Assembly: GCF_001465295.1 (NCBI RefSeq)
Contig: NZ_CP011035.1
Coordinates: forward strand, 240,001 to 272,000
Length of the DNA: 32,000 nt
From: Pseudoalteromonas translucida KMM 520
GTDB lineage: Bacteria; Pseudomonadota; Gammaproteobacteria; Enterobacterales; Alteromonadaceae
Reading direction: 5' to 3'
Shown here: positions 16,409 through 25,306 of the stretch, piece after piece
Layout of the letters: each line of letters opens with the position of its first letter
How positions within the stretch are numbered: position 1 is the first letter of the stretch
Notes under the pieces: generated by a model
What the model saw: only the letters and a program-made list of their open reading frames with translations
Told to the model about the DNA's origin: nothing
Database searches by the model: none
Translations under genes and position numbers: made by a program

Positions 16409-16566
16409 ATACGGTTAACAAGCAAATTAACTAGTACAAACAAGGCCTTTAAACAACCAAAATTTTTTCTCTCAAACAGCTCTCAGCCCATATTAAGCAC
16501 AAGCAACTATCAGGTTTAACACCACTTGAATTAAACCAGACAGCCAAAACTAAACCAACTAACGCT

Positions 16567-17247
16567 TTAATTAGTCGGCATTAAATAAATTTCGCGAACG
16601 CTGTTGCGCTGGTTTGCTTCAATGGCAAACAGTACCGCGTCGGCTACATCTTGTGGGTCGAGTTTGTCGGGTTTTGCTTCATCAAAAAACGGGGTGTTTA
16701 CCATGCCCGGCGCTATGGTTGTGCAGCGGCCGTTCCACTGGCTCATTTCCTCAGCTAAGTTTTGACCAAAGCCATAAGCAAACCATTTAGTTGCTCCATA
16801 AATAGAGCCGCCAATTGGCTTACGGCCAGCAGCGGAGCTGGTTAAAATGAAGTGCCCGGTGGTTTCGCGTAAATGTGGCAGCGTTAGCTTTGCAGTCCAC
16901 AGCAGGGCTTTAATGTTTATGTCGATCATGGTTGACCATTCATCTGGGTTACCTTTTTCGGTGCCAGCGGTTGAAACGCCCATACCTGCATTAGCAAAGG
17001 CCACATCTAATCGGCCAAATTTTTCAATGCCTTTGGTAACTACGTTTTCGAGCGCGGTAAAGTCGGTGGCATCTGCGGCTACGCTAAGTGCGTTATCTGA
17101 TCCTAGCTCGACAACAAGTTGATTAAGCTGCTCTTCTCTACGGGCGGTTAATATAACTTTATGACCCTTGTTTACTAAGGTTTTTGCCGTTGCTTCACCA
17201 ATGCCACTAGAAGCGCCGGTTATGAGTACTATTTTCTCTTTTGCCAT
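16567..17247 (-). CDS. Short-chain dehydrogenase/reductase (SDR) family oxidoreductase
   Basis: 226 aa. It has the TGASSGIG cofactor motif, NAG, and a YxxxK catalytic pair (YGATK). Confidence 0.88.
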   Translation of the reverse strand: MAKEKIVLITGASSGIGEATAKTLVNKGHKVILTARREEQLNQLVVELGSDNALSVAADATDFTALENVVTKGIEKFGRLDVAFANAGMGVSTAGTEKGNPDEWSTMIDINIKALLWTAKLTLPHLRETTGHFILTSSAAGRKPIGGSIYGATKWFAYGFGQNLAEEMSQWNGRCTTIAPGMVNTPFFDEAKPDKLDPQDVADAVLFAIEANQRNSVREIYLMPTN

Positions 17248-17301
17248 GTTTTTTCCTTGTTAACAAATGAATAAAGGCGCAGCTCAATGTGCGCCATGCA
17301 G

Positions 17302-18300
17302 TTATTGTGCTATGTCAAAACTGACGGATAAATCGTCAGTTTGCGTTAGGCTAATTTGTTTCAGTTGATAAACATTAAAATCTGCATCTGCTTGCTCTGG
17401 ATCGTCTATGTGCGCGCTACATGTATAAGCAAGTTGGTAGTCGCCTGGTGTTATGAATGCGAGTTCAAATTCGTATTCATTATCGTCCGCATTAAATACA
17501 ACATTGGCAGTCGCCAACGGTGCGTTCTCAGGCGTTTGGTCATCTATTTCATGAATATCAGTAGGGGTTTGTGCTTGCGCAGAATAAAGGTAAACAGCAT
17601 GACCAAATGATGAATCATCAGCGGCAAGAGTAATGTTATCAGTCTCGCAATTGTTTATAAGTGTTTGGCTTACAGTGCCTTCAATATCTTGTGAATCAGA
17701 AAGGTTTTGTAAACGCACACCGCGAGGTTTTAAAAATATTTCGTTATTATTTTGTGGAGCAACTAACGATTTTTTTAAATCAAACTCTAATACAAATTCG
17801 TTGTCGGTTTGATTGAGGGTAAAGCCATCTAGCTGAATTTCACCCACGCCATCATTCCCTTTTCTTTTTACGATAAGCGGTGCAATGCTGCCGTCTTCAT
17901 AAACTACGTGAGATGTTAAGCTAAGGTTGTTTGTGTCGCCGTTTATAACTTGTGCGCGAATCCACGAATAATCCCCAGCGGGGACTTCTTGATCGTCAAG
18001 TAATGGAAAAATATCGTCGCCCGTATAGTCTAGTAAATTGACCATTTGCGGTAAGGTGGAATCGTTTTTAGAGCGAGTTTCAAAGCTAACTTCTTCACCT
18101 TCTTGGGCTTTAATTGTTATTGAATCAAATACAACGTTAACTTGTTTTAAACCAGTGACTGGTGCATCGGAAATGCCTAAGCTAAATGTTGTTTTATCAC
18201 TTGCTTGCGGTGGGGTTGTTTCAGCATCGTCATTTGATGAGCCACAGCCTGCTAAGGCAAAAATAATAGCGCTACTTAATATTGTTGATTTAAATTTCAT
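17302..18300 (-). CDS. Lipoprotein of unknown function (possibly DUF4382-like)
   Basis: 332 aa. Lipobox ALAGC-GSS. The protein is acidic and looks beta-rich. The DUF4382 assignment is from memory of the FSLGISDAP...V.V.FDSI..K pattern and is not verified. Confidence 0.6.
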   Translation of the reverse strand: MKFKSTILSSAIIFALAGCGSSNDDAETTPPQASDKTTFSLGISDAPVTGLKQVNVVFDSITIKAQEGEEVSFETRSKNDSTLPQMVNLLDYTGDDIFPLLDDQEVPAGDYSWIRAQVINGDTNNLSLTSHVVYEDGSIAPLIVKRKGNDGVGEIQLDGFTLNQTDNEFVLEFDLKKSLVAPQNNNEIFLKPRGVRLQNLSDSQDIEGTVSQTLINNCETDNITLAADDSSFGHAVYLYSAQAQTPTDIHEIDDQTPENAPLATANVVFNADDNEYEFELAFITPGDYQLAYTCSAHIDDPEQADADFNVYQLKQISLTQTDDLSVSFDIAQ

Positions 18301-18525
18301 GCTTGTTTCCTTTGATTTGATTTGTTAAGTGTACGTATTTAACCCTTAACCTAAATTGAATAAAAAATATTAAGAGTTAGGACTTTTAACATGCTGTTTT
18401 AAATGGTTTTTAATTTCATCGATTTAATTGTTTTTTACTATATACTCGCGCCACTTCTTTTGAAGTCGTTTTTATTAAATTTAACCATAATTTGCTGAAT
18501 TTCAGCCACATTTATCGGAACAAAC

Positions 18526-19392
18526 ATGAAAGATAAACTTTTAGCATTTTGGCAAAGCCATTCAGAAACAATAATCACTTTAGGATACAAAGTGATTCTA
18601 GCGTTGGTGATTTTAATTGCCAGTGGCGTAATTGCCCGCGCTGTTAAAAGAGCAGTTAATGGCTCTAAATCGCCGCTCAATAAATTAGATAAAACTTTGC
18701 TGCCCATTATCTCTCGCCTTGCCAGTTACTTGGTTTATATAATTGGCTCGTTATTTATTTTAGATATTTTTGGGGTTAATACCGCCAGTTTAGTGGCGCT
18801 AATGGCCGCTGCAGGTTTAGCAATTGGTTTGGCATTAAAAAGCACATTAAGTAATATAGCTGCAGGTATTATGTTATTAATACTAAGACCTTTTAAAGTC
18901 GGTGATTTTATTGATGCCAGTGGTACATCGGGTACGGTGAGCGAAATTAACTTATTCACTACTATTTTTAAAACCACCGACGGCCTTTATATAGCCTCTC
19001 CTAACGGCAAAGTGTGGGGTGGTAATATTAAAAACTTTACCCGTAACGGCAAAAGACGCATGGATATTGTAGTGGGTATTTCGTATGCCGATTCAATAGA
19101 CGATGGCTTAAATGTACTTAAACAAATAGCCAGCTCAGAAGAGCGCTTATTAGCAGAACCAGCGCCAAAAGTAATGGTGGTATCTATAGCCGAAAGTTCG
19201 GTAAACCTGCAATTACGTGCATGGACTGTAAATGGTGATTACTGGCAAACAGTGTGGGATCTTAATAAACGCGTTAAAGAGTCTATTGAGCAAGCAGGGC
19301 TAACAATTCCATTCCCACAGCGCACTTTGCACTTACCTGAGTCGCTAGCAACAAGCGTTACAGTTAATAAAGACACTGCAAAGGTAGATTAA
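18526..19392 (+). CDS. Small-conductance mechanosensitive channel, MscS family
   Basis: 288 aa. Three N-terminal TM helices, then the conserved pore and beta-domain block NIAAGIMLLILRPFKVGDFI...GTVSEINLFTT. Confidence 0.85.
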   Translation: MKDKLLAFWQSHSETIITLGYKVILALVILIASGVIARAVKRAVNGSKSPLNKLDKTLLPIISRLASYLVYIIGSLFILDIFGVNTASLVALMAAAGLAIGLALKSTLSNIAAGIMLLILRPFKVGDFIDASGTSGTVSEINLFTTIFKTTDGLYIASPNGKVWGGNIKNFTRNGKRRMDIVVGISYADSIDDGLNVLKQIASSEERLLAEPAPKVMVVSIAESSVNLQLRAWTVNGDYWQTVWDLNKRVKESIEQAGLTIPFPQRTLHLPESLATSVTVNKDTAKVD

Positions 19393-19414
19393 TATTAGCA
19401 GTGCAAGCACACAT

Positions 19415-19446
19415 AAAAATAGCGAGCTAAGGCTCGCTATTTTTTG
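19415..19446. terminator. Bidirectional terminator between mscS-like gene and astB
   Basis: Stem atagcgagc / gctcgctat with loop taag. It is flanked by an A-run on one side and a T-run on the other. Confidence 0.7.
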
Positions 19447-19483
19447 TTGTATTGTTTGTAATTATTTAGCTTAAGTAAGTCAA

Positions 19484-20830
19484 TTAACCTTCTAGTTGAA
19501 AGTCGTACACTGAGCCTAAATTAAGTAGTTGAGTTAGCTCATCAAGTGCTTGGTAACTTTCGCTCAGCAGTGCTGGGTCGGCGAAGTCTTTAGCGCCTAA
19601 TTGATCGCGGTAGTTACGTTGTGCCCAATCACACAGTTGCGTGTATTTAGTGTCGGTTAAAATAACGTCTGGGTTTACTGCAGCGAGTTCTTGCTCGTTT
19701 AAAGCAACCCGTAAACGTAAGCAAGCTGGGCCGCCGCCATTTTGCATACTTTGGCGTAAATCAAAAAAGCGTACTTGGTTTATAGGATTATCGGCCATGA
19801 TCATTTCTTCAATGTAGTCGTTAACCGCGCTATTACGTTGGCACTCTTTTGGCGCTACTAATAACATAGAGCCATCACTTAGGCTTACTAGCTGGCTGTT
19901 AAATAAATAACTACTAACTGCATCTTGAATACTTACTTTACTTGTAGGTACTTCAATAATATAAAATTGTTTATTACCAATGTAGGCTTCACGAATATCT
20001 TGCAATGCTTGCTGCTGATTTAAAAATGCTTGCTGATGACACAGCAGTACGTTGGCATTACCTACTGCAATAACGTCGTTATGAAAAACCCCTTGGTCAA
20101 TCACATCTGGGTTTTGCTGCAGTAAAATTTGGCTGGTATCTTTTAAATTATGTAAGCGGCAAATAGCTTCAGAGGCTTCGAGTGTTTGCCTTGCAGGAAA
20201 TTTAACCGGTTTTGGTAAATGGCTGTTAAATGCACTGGCCCCAAACACAAACATTTCTAGGCCTTGCTCGCCATGGCTGTCGCAAAAACGGGTGTGGTTT
20301 GCTGCACCTTCATCACCAAAAAAGCCTTGATCGGGTAAATGGGTATGATGCACAAAGTGGTTTTGGTTATTAAACATTGCTTTTAACAACCGCGTTGTGG
20401 TGGCAGGCTCTAACGAGCGATGAAACTTATTGTTTAAATTTGCAGCGGTAAAGTGCACTTTACCATCGGTTGTATCGGGCGATGGCGACACAGTAGCGGC
20501 GTTTGCTGTCCACATTGCTGAGGCTGAATAACATGCGCGTAATAAAATAGGATCGGCGTTAAAAGCTTTATTAATAACTTGCGCGTCGTTACCGCTAAAC
20601 CCTAGGCGGCGCAGTATATTTAAGTCGGGGCGTGCATGGGGTGCAAATACACCTTGAGTTAAGCCTTTATCGTGCATGGCTTTCATTTTTTCAAGGCCTT
20701 GAAGCACTGCCTCTTGGGGGTTTGAAAAGTTAGCAGCGTTATTTAACGAAGCAACGTTACCATACGATAACCCCGCATAATTGTGAGTAGGGCCAACTAA
20801 GCCATCAAAATTAACTTCTAAGGCAGGCAT
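19484..20830 (-). CDS. astB: N-succinylarginine dihydrolase
   Basis: [24 protein letters not shown] near the N-terminus and [11 protein letters not shown] near the C-terminus are AstB hallmarks. The ORF track starts at a TTG at 20866. I prefer the ATG at 20830 (MPALEVNF...), which gives a homologue-like N-terminus. An alternative ATG lies at 20836. Confidence 0.85.
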   Translation of the reverse strand: MPALEVNFDGLVGPTHNYAGLSYGNVASLNNAANFSNPQEAVLQGLEKMKAMHDKGLTQGVFAPHARPDLNILRRLGFSGNDAQVINKAFNADPILLRACYSASAMWTANAATVSPSPDTTDGKVHFTAANLNNKFHRSLEPATTTRLLKAMFNNQNHFVHHTHLPDQGFFGDEGAANHTRFCDSHGEQGLEMFVFGASAFNSHLPKPVKFPARQTLEASEAICRLHNLKDTSQILLQQNPDVIDQGVFHNDVIAVGNANVLLCHQQAFLNQQQALQDIREAYIGNKQFYIIEVPTSKVSIQDAVSSYLFNSQLVSLSDGSMLLVAPKECQRNSAVNDYIEEMIMADNPINQVRFFDLRQSMQNGGGPACLRLRVALNEQELAAVNPDVILTDTKYTQLCDWAQRNYRDQLGAKDFADPALLSESYQALDELTQLLNLGSVYDFQLEG

Positions 20831-20912
20831 ACACATTCCAAATAAATTGTTTAATAGTACTAACAATACAATGCATTGGGTTTACTTGCAAAGCGACACC
20901 AACAAGAAAAGC

Positions 20913-21032
20913 TTAACGGCTGAGAATACGCTCTTTATCAGCGGTAGTACGCGGATTATTTGGCTCGTTTACTTGCCAAAAACTAACATCTAAACGCCAT
21001 AATAAATAAAGTGTGTGATATAAATTAAACAT
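20913..21032 (-). CDS. Candidate 39-aa small ORF upstream of astB
   Basis: Found by manual translation: MFNLYHTLYLLWRLDVSFWQVNEPNNPRTTADKERILSR. An AGGAAA SD lies 5-6 nt upstream of the ATG. It is below the ORF-track size cut-off, has no recognised family and could be spurious. Confidence 0.3.
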   Translation of the reverse strand: MFNLYHTLYLLWRLDVSFWQVNEPNNPRTTADKERILSR

Positions 21033-21231
21033 AGCTTTTCCTGTGAAGTTTTTTAAACACATAAAGTAATAGGAAGAAGTATGCCAACGTTTAATTGAAT
21101 ATTTTATGAATACGAATCAAGGAATTAGTATTTTTACATAAAAGAGTTGTTAGCTTTTTGCACTTATATGGTGGTTTTTTTGGGCTATATGCACTTATTT
21201 GATACACGCGCTATTTTAAACGGTTTATGCA

Positions 21232-21666
21232 TTAATTAGATAAATCGTTAACGACTAAGTCGAGTAATTGCATTAGTTGTTTTGCTTGCTCTGTATTTAC
21301 GTTATTAAATTTACACAGCACTTTGCTGGGTATATCAGCCGCTTTTAGCTTTAGTGATTGCCCCTGGTGAGTGAGTTGTACTAAACGCTTGCGCTTGTCG
21401 TGCTTGTCTTTTACTACGGCAAGTAATGACTTATCGGTCATTTTTTTTAGTATTTGGGTCATGGCACCGCCATCAATTGCGGTGTTATTTATAAGCTCGG
21501 CAATGGTTATTTGGTCTTGCTCCCACAGTGCCATCATTACTACATACTGCGGATAAGTTAAATTAAGCTCAGCTAAAGGCTCCCTATAAGCGCGAGCAAT
21601 ACTATTAGATGCCATATATAAACGATGACATAACTGATTTTTTAATTTTAACTGCTCAAACGACAT
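21232..21666 (-). CDS. ohrR: MarR-family regulator, OhrR-type
   Basis: 144 aa. It is divergent from ohr. The conserved N-terminal sensing Cys sits in NQLCHRLY, followed by a winged-helix core. Confidence 0.8.
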   Translation of the reverse strand: MSFEQLKLKNQLCHRLYMASNSIARAYREPLAELNLTYPQYVVMMALWEQDQITIAELINNTAIDGGAMTQILKKMTDKSLLAVVKDKHDKRKRLVQLTHQGQSLKLKAADIPSKVLCKFNNVNTEQAKQLMQLLDLVVNDLSN

Positions 21667-21701
21667 GCTTTAACCTCTTTGCTGAATAAAGCGTATTTTA
21701 A

Positions 21702-21721
21702 TTTGCATGCAAAGCATTTGC
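21702..21721. promoter_or_regulatory. Candidate OhrR operator in the ohrR-ohr divergent promoter region
   Basis: Perfect 12-bp palindrome TTTGCATGCAAA at 21702-21713. It overlaps a second inverted repeat, GCAAA-gca-TTTGC, at 21709-21721. Confidence 0.4.
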
Positions 21722-21798
21722 AATCTATATTTAGTTGCTCTATTATTTTGCACACAAACTAAATAAGTTAATTAATTTTTTAAATTTTGGAGTTCATT

Positions 21799-22227
21799 AT
21801 GAATGTATTACAAAACGTTGCCTATACAGCAAAAGCAACTGCAACCGGTGGCCGTGAAGGCACTGCTAAATCTGATGATGGTCGTTTAAATGTAGATTTA
21901 TCAACTCCTAAAGGCTTAGGCGGCGATGATGGTAAAGGGACTAACCCTGAACAGCTATTTGCAGCAGGTTACGCGGCATGCTTTATTGGTGCACTTAAAT
22001 TTGTAGCGGGCAGCGAGAAAATTACTCTGCCAAGTGACACGCACATTAACTCAGAAGTGTCGATTGGCGCTATTGACGGTGGTTTTGGTATTGCAGTTAA
22101 GCTAGCGGTGTCGCTGGGTGATATGGATAAAGCGCAAGCACAGGAGCTTGTAGATAAAGCGCACTTAGTATGCCCATATTCAAACGCAACACGCGGCAAT
22201 ATTGAAGTTGAGCTGTCGGTTATTTAA
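21799..22227 (+). CDS. ohr: Organic hydroperoxide resistance protein (OsmC/Ohr family)
   Basis: MNVLQNVAYTAKATATGGREG..., NPEQLFAAGYAACF and VCPYSNATRGN contain the two catalytic Cys motifs of Ohr. A GGAG SD lies 8 nt upstream of the ATG at 21799, so the ORF-track TTG at 21787 is probably an over-extension. Confidence 0.9.
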   Translation: MNVLQNVAYTAKATATGGREGTAKSDDGRLNVDLSTPKGLGGDDGKGTNPEQLFAAGYAACFIGALKFVAGSEKITLPSDTHINSEVSIGAIDGGFGIAVKLAVSLGDMDKAQAQELVDKAHLVCPYSNATRGNIEVELSVI

Positions 22228-22248
22228 TAACGGCACTCGCTAATATTT

Positions 22249-22285
22249 AAAAAGCACACAATAACCTTGTGTGCTTTTTTGTTTT
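22249..22285 (+). terminator. Rho-independent terminator after ohr
   Basis: Stem agcacaca / tgtgtgct with a 7-nt loop. It is flanked by an A-run and followed by tttttt. Confidence 0.7.
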
Positions 22286-22302
22286 TGGGGTCATAAAAAA
22301 TA

Positions 22303-22324
22303 AATATACGAAAAAACGTATATT
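22303..22324. promoter_or_regulatory. Candidate ArsR operator
   Basis: Perfect 8-6-8 inverted repeat AATATACG-aaaaaa-CGTATATT, 60-80 bp upstream of the arsR start. Confidence 0.4.
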
Positions 22325-22384
22325 CACTATTTCATATATTTAGTTTTTGTTTTATTGTGTACATATTAACGATACGAGGACGCT

Positions 22385-22729
22385 ATGGAACAATTCAACC
22401 CCCTGCAATTTTATAAATGCCTAGCGGACGATACACGTTTAAAGGCCATACTGCTTATTGCTGATCAGCAAGAGTTATGTGTTTGCGAATTAGTTGCGGC
22501 ACTTAATTTAAGCCAACCTAAAGTGTCACGTCATTTAGCACAGCTTCGCCAGTGCGGATTGCTTACAGATCGAAAACAAAACCAATGGGTGTACTACAGT
22601 ATTAATAAGGCGCTACCAGATTGGGCACAAACGGTAATTACACAAACACGTGTTGCAACAGCATCATTTTATAAAAATGATTTAGAGCGCTTAAATGCTA
22701 TGGGTAATCGCCCTGAGCGCTGTTGCTAA
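22385..22729 (+). CDS. arsR: ArsR/SmtB-family metalloregulator
   Basis: 114 aa. ELCVCELVAALNLSQPKVSRHL carries the CVC As(III)-binding motif next to the helix-turn-helix. A C-terminal CC pair is also present. Confidence 0.88.
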   Translation: MEQFNPLQFYKCLADDTRLKAILLIADQQELCVCELVAALNLSQPKVSRHLAQLRQCGLLTDRKQNQWVYYSINKALPDWAQTVITQTRVATASFYKNDLERLNAMGNRPERCC

Positions 22730-22730
22730 G

Positions 22731-22927
22731 TAACCTGAGCTCCGGATAATAAACTTATCTCAAGCAGCTATTTTCAGCGCTAACTGCGTTGAATTTACTT
22801 GCAATAGGCCAGCTATTGACGCGTAAATTCGCCTTGTTTTCACTGAAAACCTCTGGCTAGAGAAAATAAAATTAAATATAACTATGACTCAATACGTTAG
22901 TAAATCTCTTAACCAGAGTTCAGGTTA
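22731..22927. repeat. Nested inverted-repeat element filling the arsR-GAPDH intergenic region
   Basis: Outer arms are taacctgagctccgg (22731-22745) and ccagagttcaggtta (22913-22927), with 13/15 complementary plus one G-U if read as RNA. Middle arms are ttttcag (22771-22777) and ctgaaaa (22843-22849). Inner arms are gaatttac (22791-22798) and gtaaattc (22823-22830). Confidence 0.55.
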
Positions 22928-22957
22928 AGTAATTAATATAACAAAAGGTATTTTATT

Positions 22958-23971
22958 ATGACCATTAAAGTAGGTATTAACGGTTTTGGCCGTATGGGGC
23001 GTTTAACGCTGCGCGCAGCGGTTGACTGGCCAGATATAGAGTTTATAAAAGTAAATGATATAGCGGGCGATGCTAAAACCCATGCCCATTTATTGGAGTT
23101 TGACTCAGTGCATGGGCGTTTACATCATCCTGTTACAGCCACTAATAATATTATTGAGGTTGGCAAACACAATATAACTGTAAGCAACCATAAAACCATT
23201 AACGACAACGATTGGTCTGGTTGCGATGTAGTAATAGAAGCTAGCGGTAAAATGAAAACGACCCAGTTACTAAATGCGTATTTAGCCCAAGGAGTTAAAC
23301 GCGTGGTGGTGACTGCACCGGTAAAAGAAGAGGGCATTTTAAATATAGTATTAGGGGTGAACGATCATCTTTATAAGCCAAGTGAGCACAAAATAGTTAC
23401 TGCGGCCTCCTGTACCACTAACTGCTTAGCGCCTATTGTGAAGGTACTGCAACAAAAAGTGGGAATAAAACACGGCTCCATAACCACTATTCACAGTATT
23501 ACTAATACGCAAACCATTATTGACGCACCACATAAAGACCTACGCAGAGCACGTTCTTGTGGCACAAGTTTAATACCAACAACAACAGGTAGCGCAACAG
23601 CCATTACGCATATTTTTCCTGAGCTTAAAGGTAAATTAAACGGCCATGCTGTACGTGTACCACTTACAAATGCTTCAATTACCGATTGTGTGTTTGAACT
23701 GCAGCGCAGCGTTAGTGAAGATGAAGTAAATGGCTGGTTTAAAAATGCGGCTAATAACGAGCTTAAAGGTATTTTAGGTTACGAGGAAAAGCCACTGGTA
23801 TCGATTGATTACGCAACCGATCCACGCAGCAGCATAATAGATGCGCTTTCCACTATGGTAATTAACAACACACAGCTTAAATTATACGCTTGGTACGATA
23901 ACGAGTGGGGCTATGCAAATCGTACTGCAGAGCTAATGCTAAAAGTTGGTTTAAGTGATCAATCAAGTTAA
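22958..23971 (+). CDS. gap: Type I glyceraldehyde-3-phosphate dehydrogenase, ArsJ-associated
   Basis: 337 aa. [12 protein letters not shown]-binding motif and SCTTNCLAP catalytic-Cys motif. The gene lies immediately upstream of an ArsJ-like MFS gene and downstream of arsR. Confidence 0.9.
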   Translation: MTIKVGINGFGRMGRLTLRAAVDWPDIEFIKVNDIAGDAKTHAHLLEFDSVHGRLHHPVTATNNIIEVGKHNITVSNHKTINDNDWSGCDVVIEASGKMKTTQLLNAYLAQGVKRVVVTAPVKEEGILNIVLGVNDHLYKPSEHKIVTAASCTTNCLAPIVKVLQQKVGIKHGSITTIHSITNTQTIIDAPHKDLRRARSCGTSLIPTTTGSATAITHIFPELKGKLNGHAVRVPLTNASITDCVFELQRSVSEDEVNGWFKNAANNELKGILGYEEKPLVSIDYATDPRSSIIDALSTMVINNTQLKLYAWYDNEWGYANRTAELMLKVGLSDQSS

Positions 23972-23983
23972 TAGGCTCATTTA

Positions 23984-25210
23984 ATGTTTGCGCAACTAGC
24001 TAACTTACCAAGCTCACTAAAACAGTATTTTATCATTACCGGCAATTATTGGGCTTTTACTTTAACCGATGGTGCACTGCGAATGTTAGTGGTGCTGTAT
24101 TTTCATCAGTTAGGTTATGGCGCATTAGCGATTGCTATGTTGTTTTTGTTTTACGAAATATTTGGCGTGATCACTAATTTAGTGGGGGGATGGTTAGGAG
24201 CGCAACTTGGCTTAAATAAAACCATGAATATTGGCTTAGGGCTGCAAATACTTGCGCTTGCTATGCTTTGCGTGCCAACAGATTGGTTAACGGTTGCTTA
24301 TGTAATGGCAGCACAAGCGTTAAGTGGGATTGCCAAAGATTTAAATAAAATGAGCGCCAAAAGTGCTATTAAATATTTGGTGCCGCAAAACAGCAGCGGG
24401 CAAAGTCAATTATATAAATGGGTTGCCATACTTACAGGCTCTAAAAATACATTAAAAGGAGTGGGCTTCTTTTTAGGTGGGGTACTGCTTACTTTATTTA
24501 GTTTTGTTGGTGCGTTGTTTACTTTAATCGTTTTATTGAGTTTTGCCTGGGTTATAAGTTTAGTATTTTTAAAAGGCGATATAGGTAAGGCTAAAAACAA
24601 ACCTAAATTTAAAACGTTATTCTCTAAATCTCGTGCTATTAATTTACTTAGCGCAGCACGATTGTGTTTATTTGCCTCGCGAGACGTGTGGTTTGTAGTG
24701 GCTCTGCCTGTGTACTTAGCCACGCAATTTAACTGGAACCATACTTGGGTTAGTGGCGTTATGGCACTGTGGGTAATAGCGTATGGGGTAGTGCAATCGC
24801 AAGCACCGCGAATTACCGGGCAAGTTATTACCTCTGGTTTTAATACAGTTAATAAAGCATATAAGTGGGTTACGCTATTGTGCATTGTAACTGGCGCTTT
24901 AGCACTGCTAATGCAATTTAATAGTGCGGTAAATTATACGCTTATAGTGGGCTTATTTATTTTTGGTGGGGTGTTTGCTGTTAACTCATCGCTACATAGT
25001 TATTTAATAGTGAGCTTTGCCAGCAGTGATGGTGTGTCGCTCGATGTGGGTTTTTATTACATGGCCAATGCCATGGGGCGCTTACTGGGTACTGTGCTTT
25101 CTGGTTGGGTATTTCAGCTTTATGGGTTAGTGGCGTGTTTATGGGTAAGTGTTTGCCTACTCATTATGGCTGCAATAGCCACCGCTTTTTTGGCTAAACA
25201 TGAAGGCTAA
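23984..25210 (+). CDS. arsJ: MFS permease of the ArsJ type (organoarsenical efflux)
   Basis: 408 aa with about 12 TM helices. The N-terminal block YFIITGNYWAFTLTDGALRMLVVLYFHQLGY matches my recollection of ArsJ. It starts 12 nt after the GAPDH stop. Confidence 0.75.
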   Translation: MFAQLANLPSSLKQYFIITGNYWAFTLTDGALRMLVVLYFHQLGYGALAIAMLFLFYEIFGVITNLVGGWLGAQLGLNKTMNIGLGLQILALAMLCVPTDWLTVAYVMAAQALSGIAKDLNKMSAKSAIKYLVPQNSSGQSQLYKWVAILTGSKNTLKGVGFFLGGVLLTLFSFVGALFTLIVLLSFAWVISLVFLKGDIGKAKNKPKFKTLFSKSRAINLLSAARLCLFASRDVWFVVALPVYLATQFNWNHTWVSGVMALWVIAYGVVQSQAPRITGQVITSGFNTVNKAYKWVTLLCIVTGALALLMQFNSAVNYTLIVGLFIFGGVFAVNSSLHSYLIVSFASSDGVSLDVGFYYMANAMGRLLGTVLSGWVFQLYGLVACLWVSVCLLIMAAIATAFLAKHEG

Positions 25211-25306
25211 ACTTTTGTATGAGATTGCTGTTTTTGCACTAAATTAATAGCTTCATTTTATAGATCAACTAAACTATATACGTTAATTAATTAAAAGGTG
25301 TGATGA

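Noticed and set aside
15626-16566. Possibility that the phd-parE module is an integron gene cassette with an attC site in the 3-prime spacer.
   Set aside because: The 3-prime spacer is A/C-rich with almost no complementary G/T stretch, so it cannot form the imperfect attC hairpin. I found no RYYYAAC...GTTRRRY pair, and no integrase is nearby.
21787-21798. ORF-track N-terminal extensions using TTG starts for ohr (21787), the AhpD-like gene (28195) and astB (20866).
   Set aside because: In each case an internal ATG with a better-placed SD gives an N-terminus that matches the family, so the extensions are probably artefacts of longest-ORF calling.
24406-24885. 159-aa minus-strand ORF inside arsJ.
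   Set aside because: It is fully antisense to a well-supported MFS gene, has a low-complexity biased composition, no SD and no recognisable motif. It is a typical shadow ORF.
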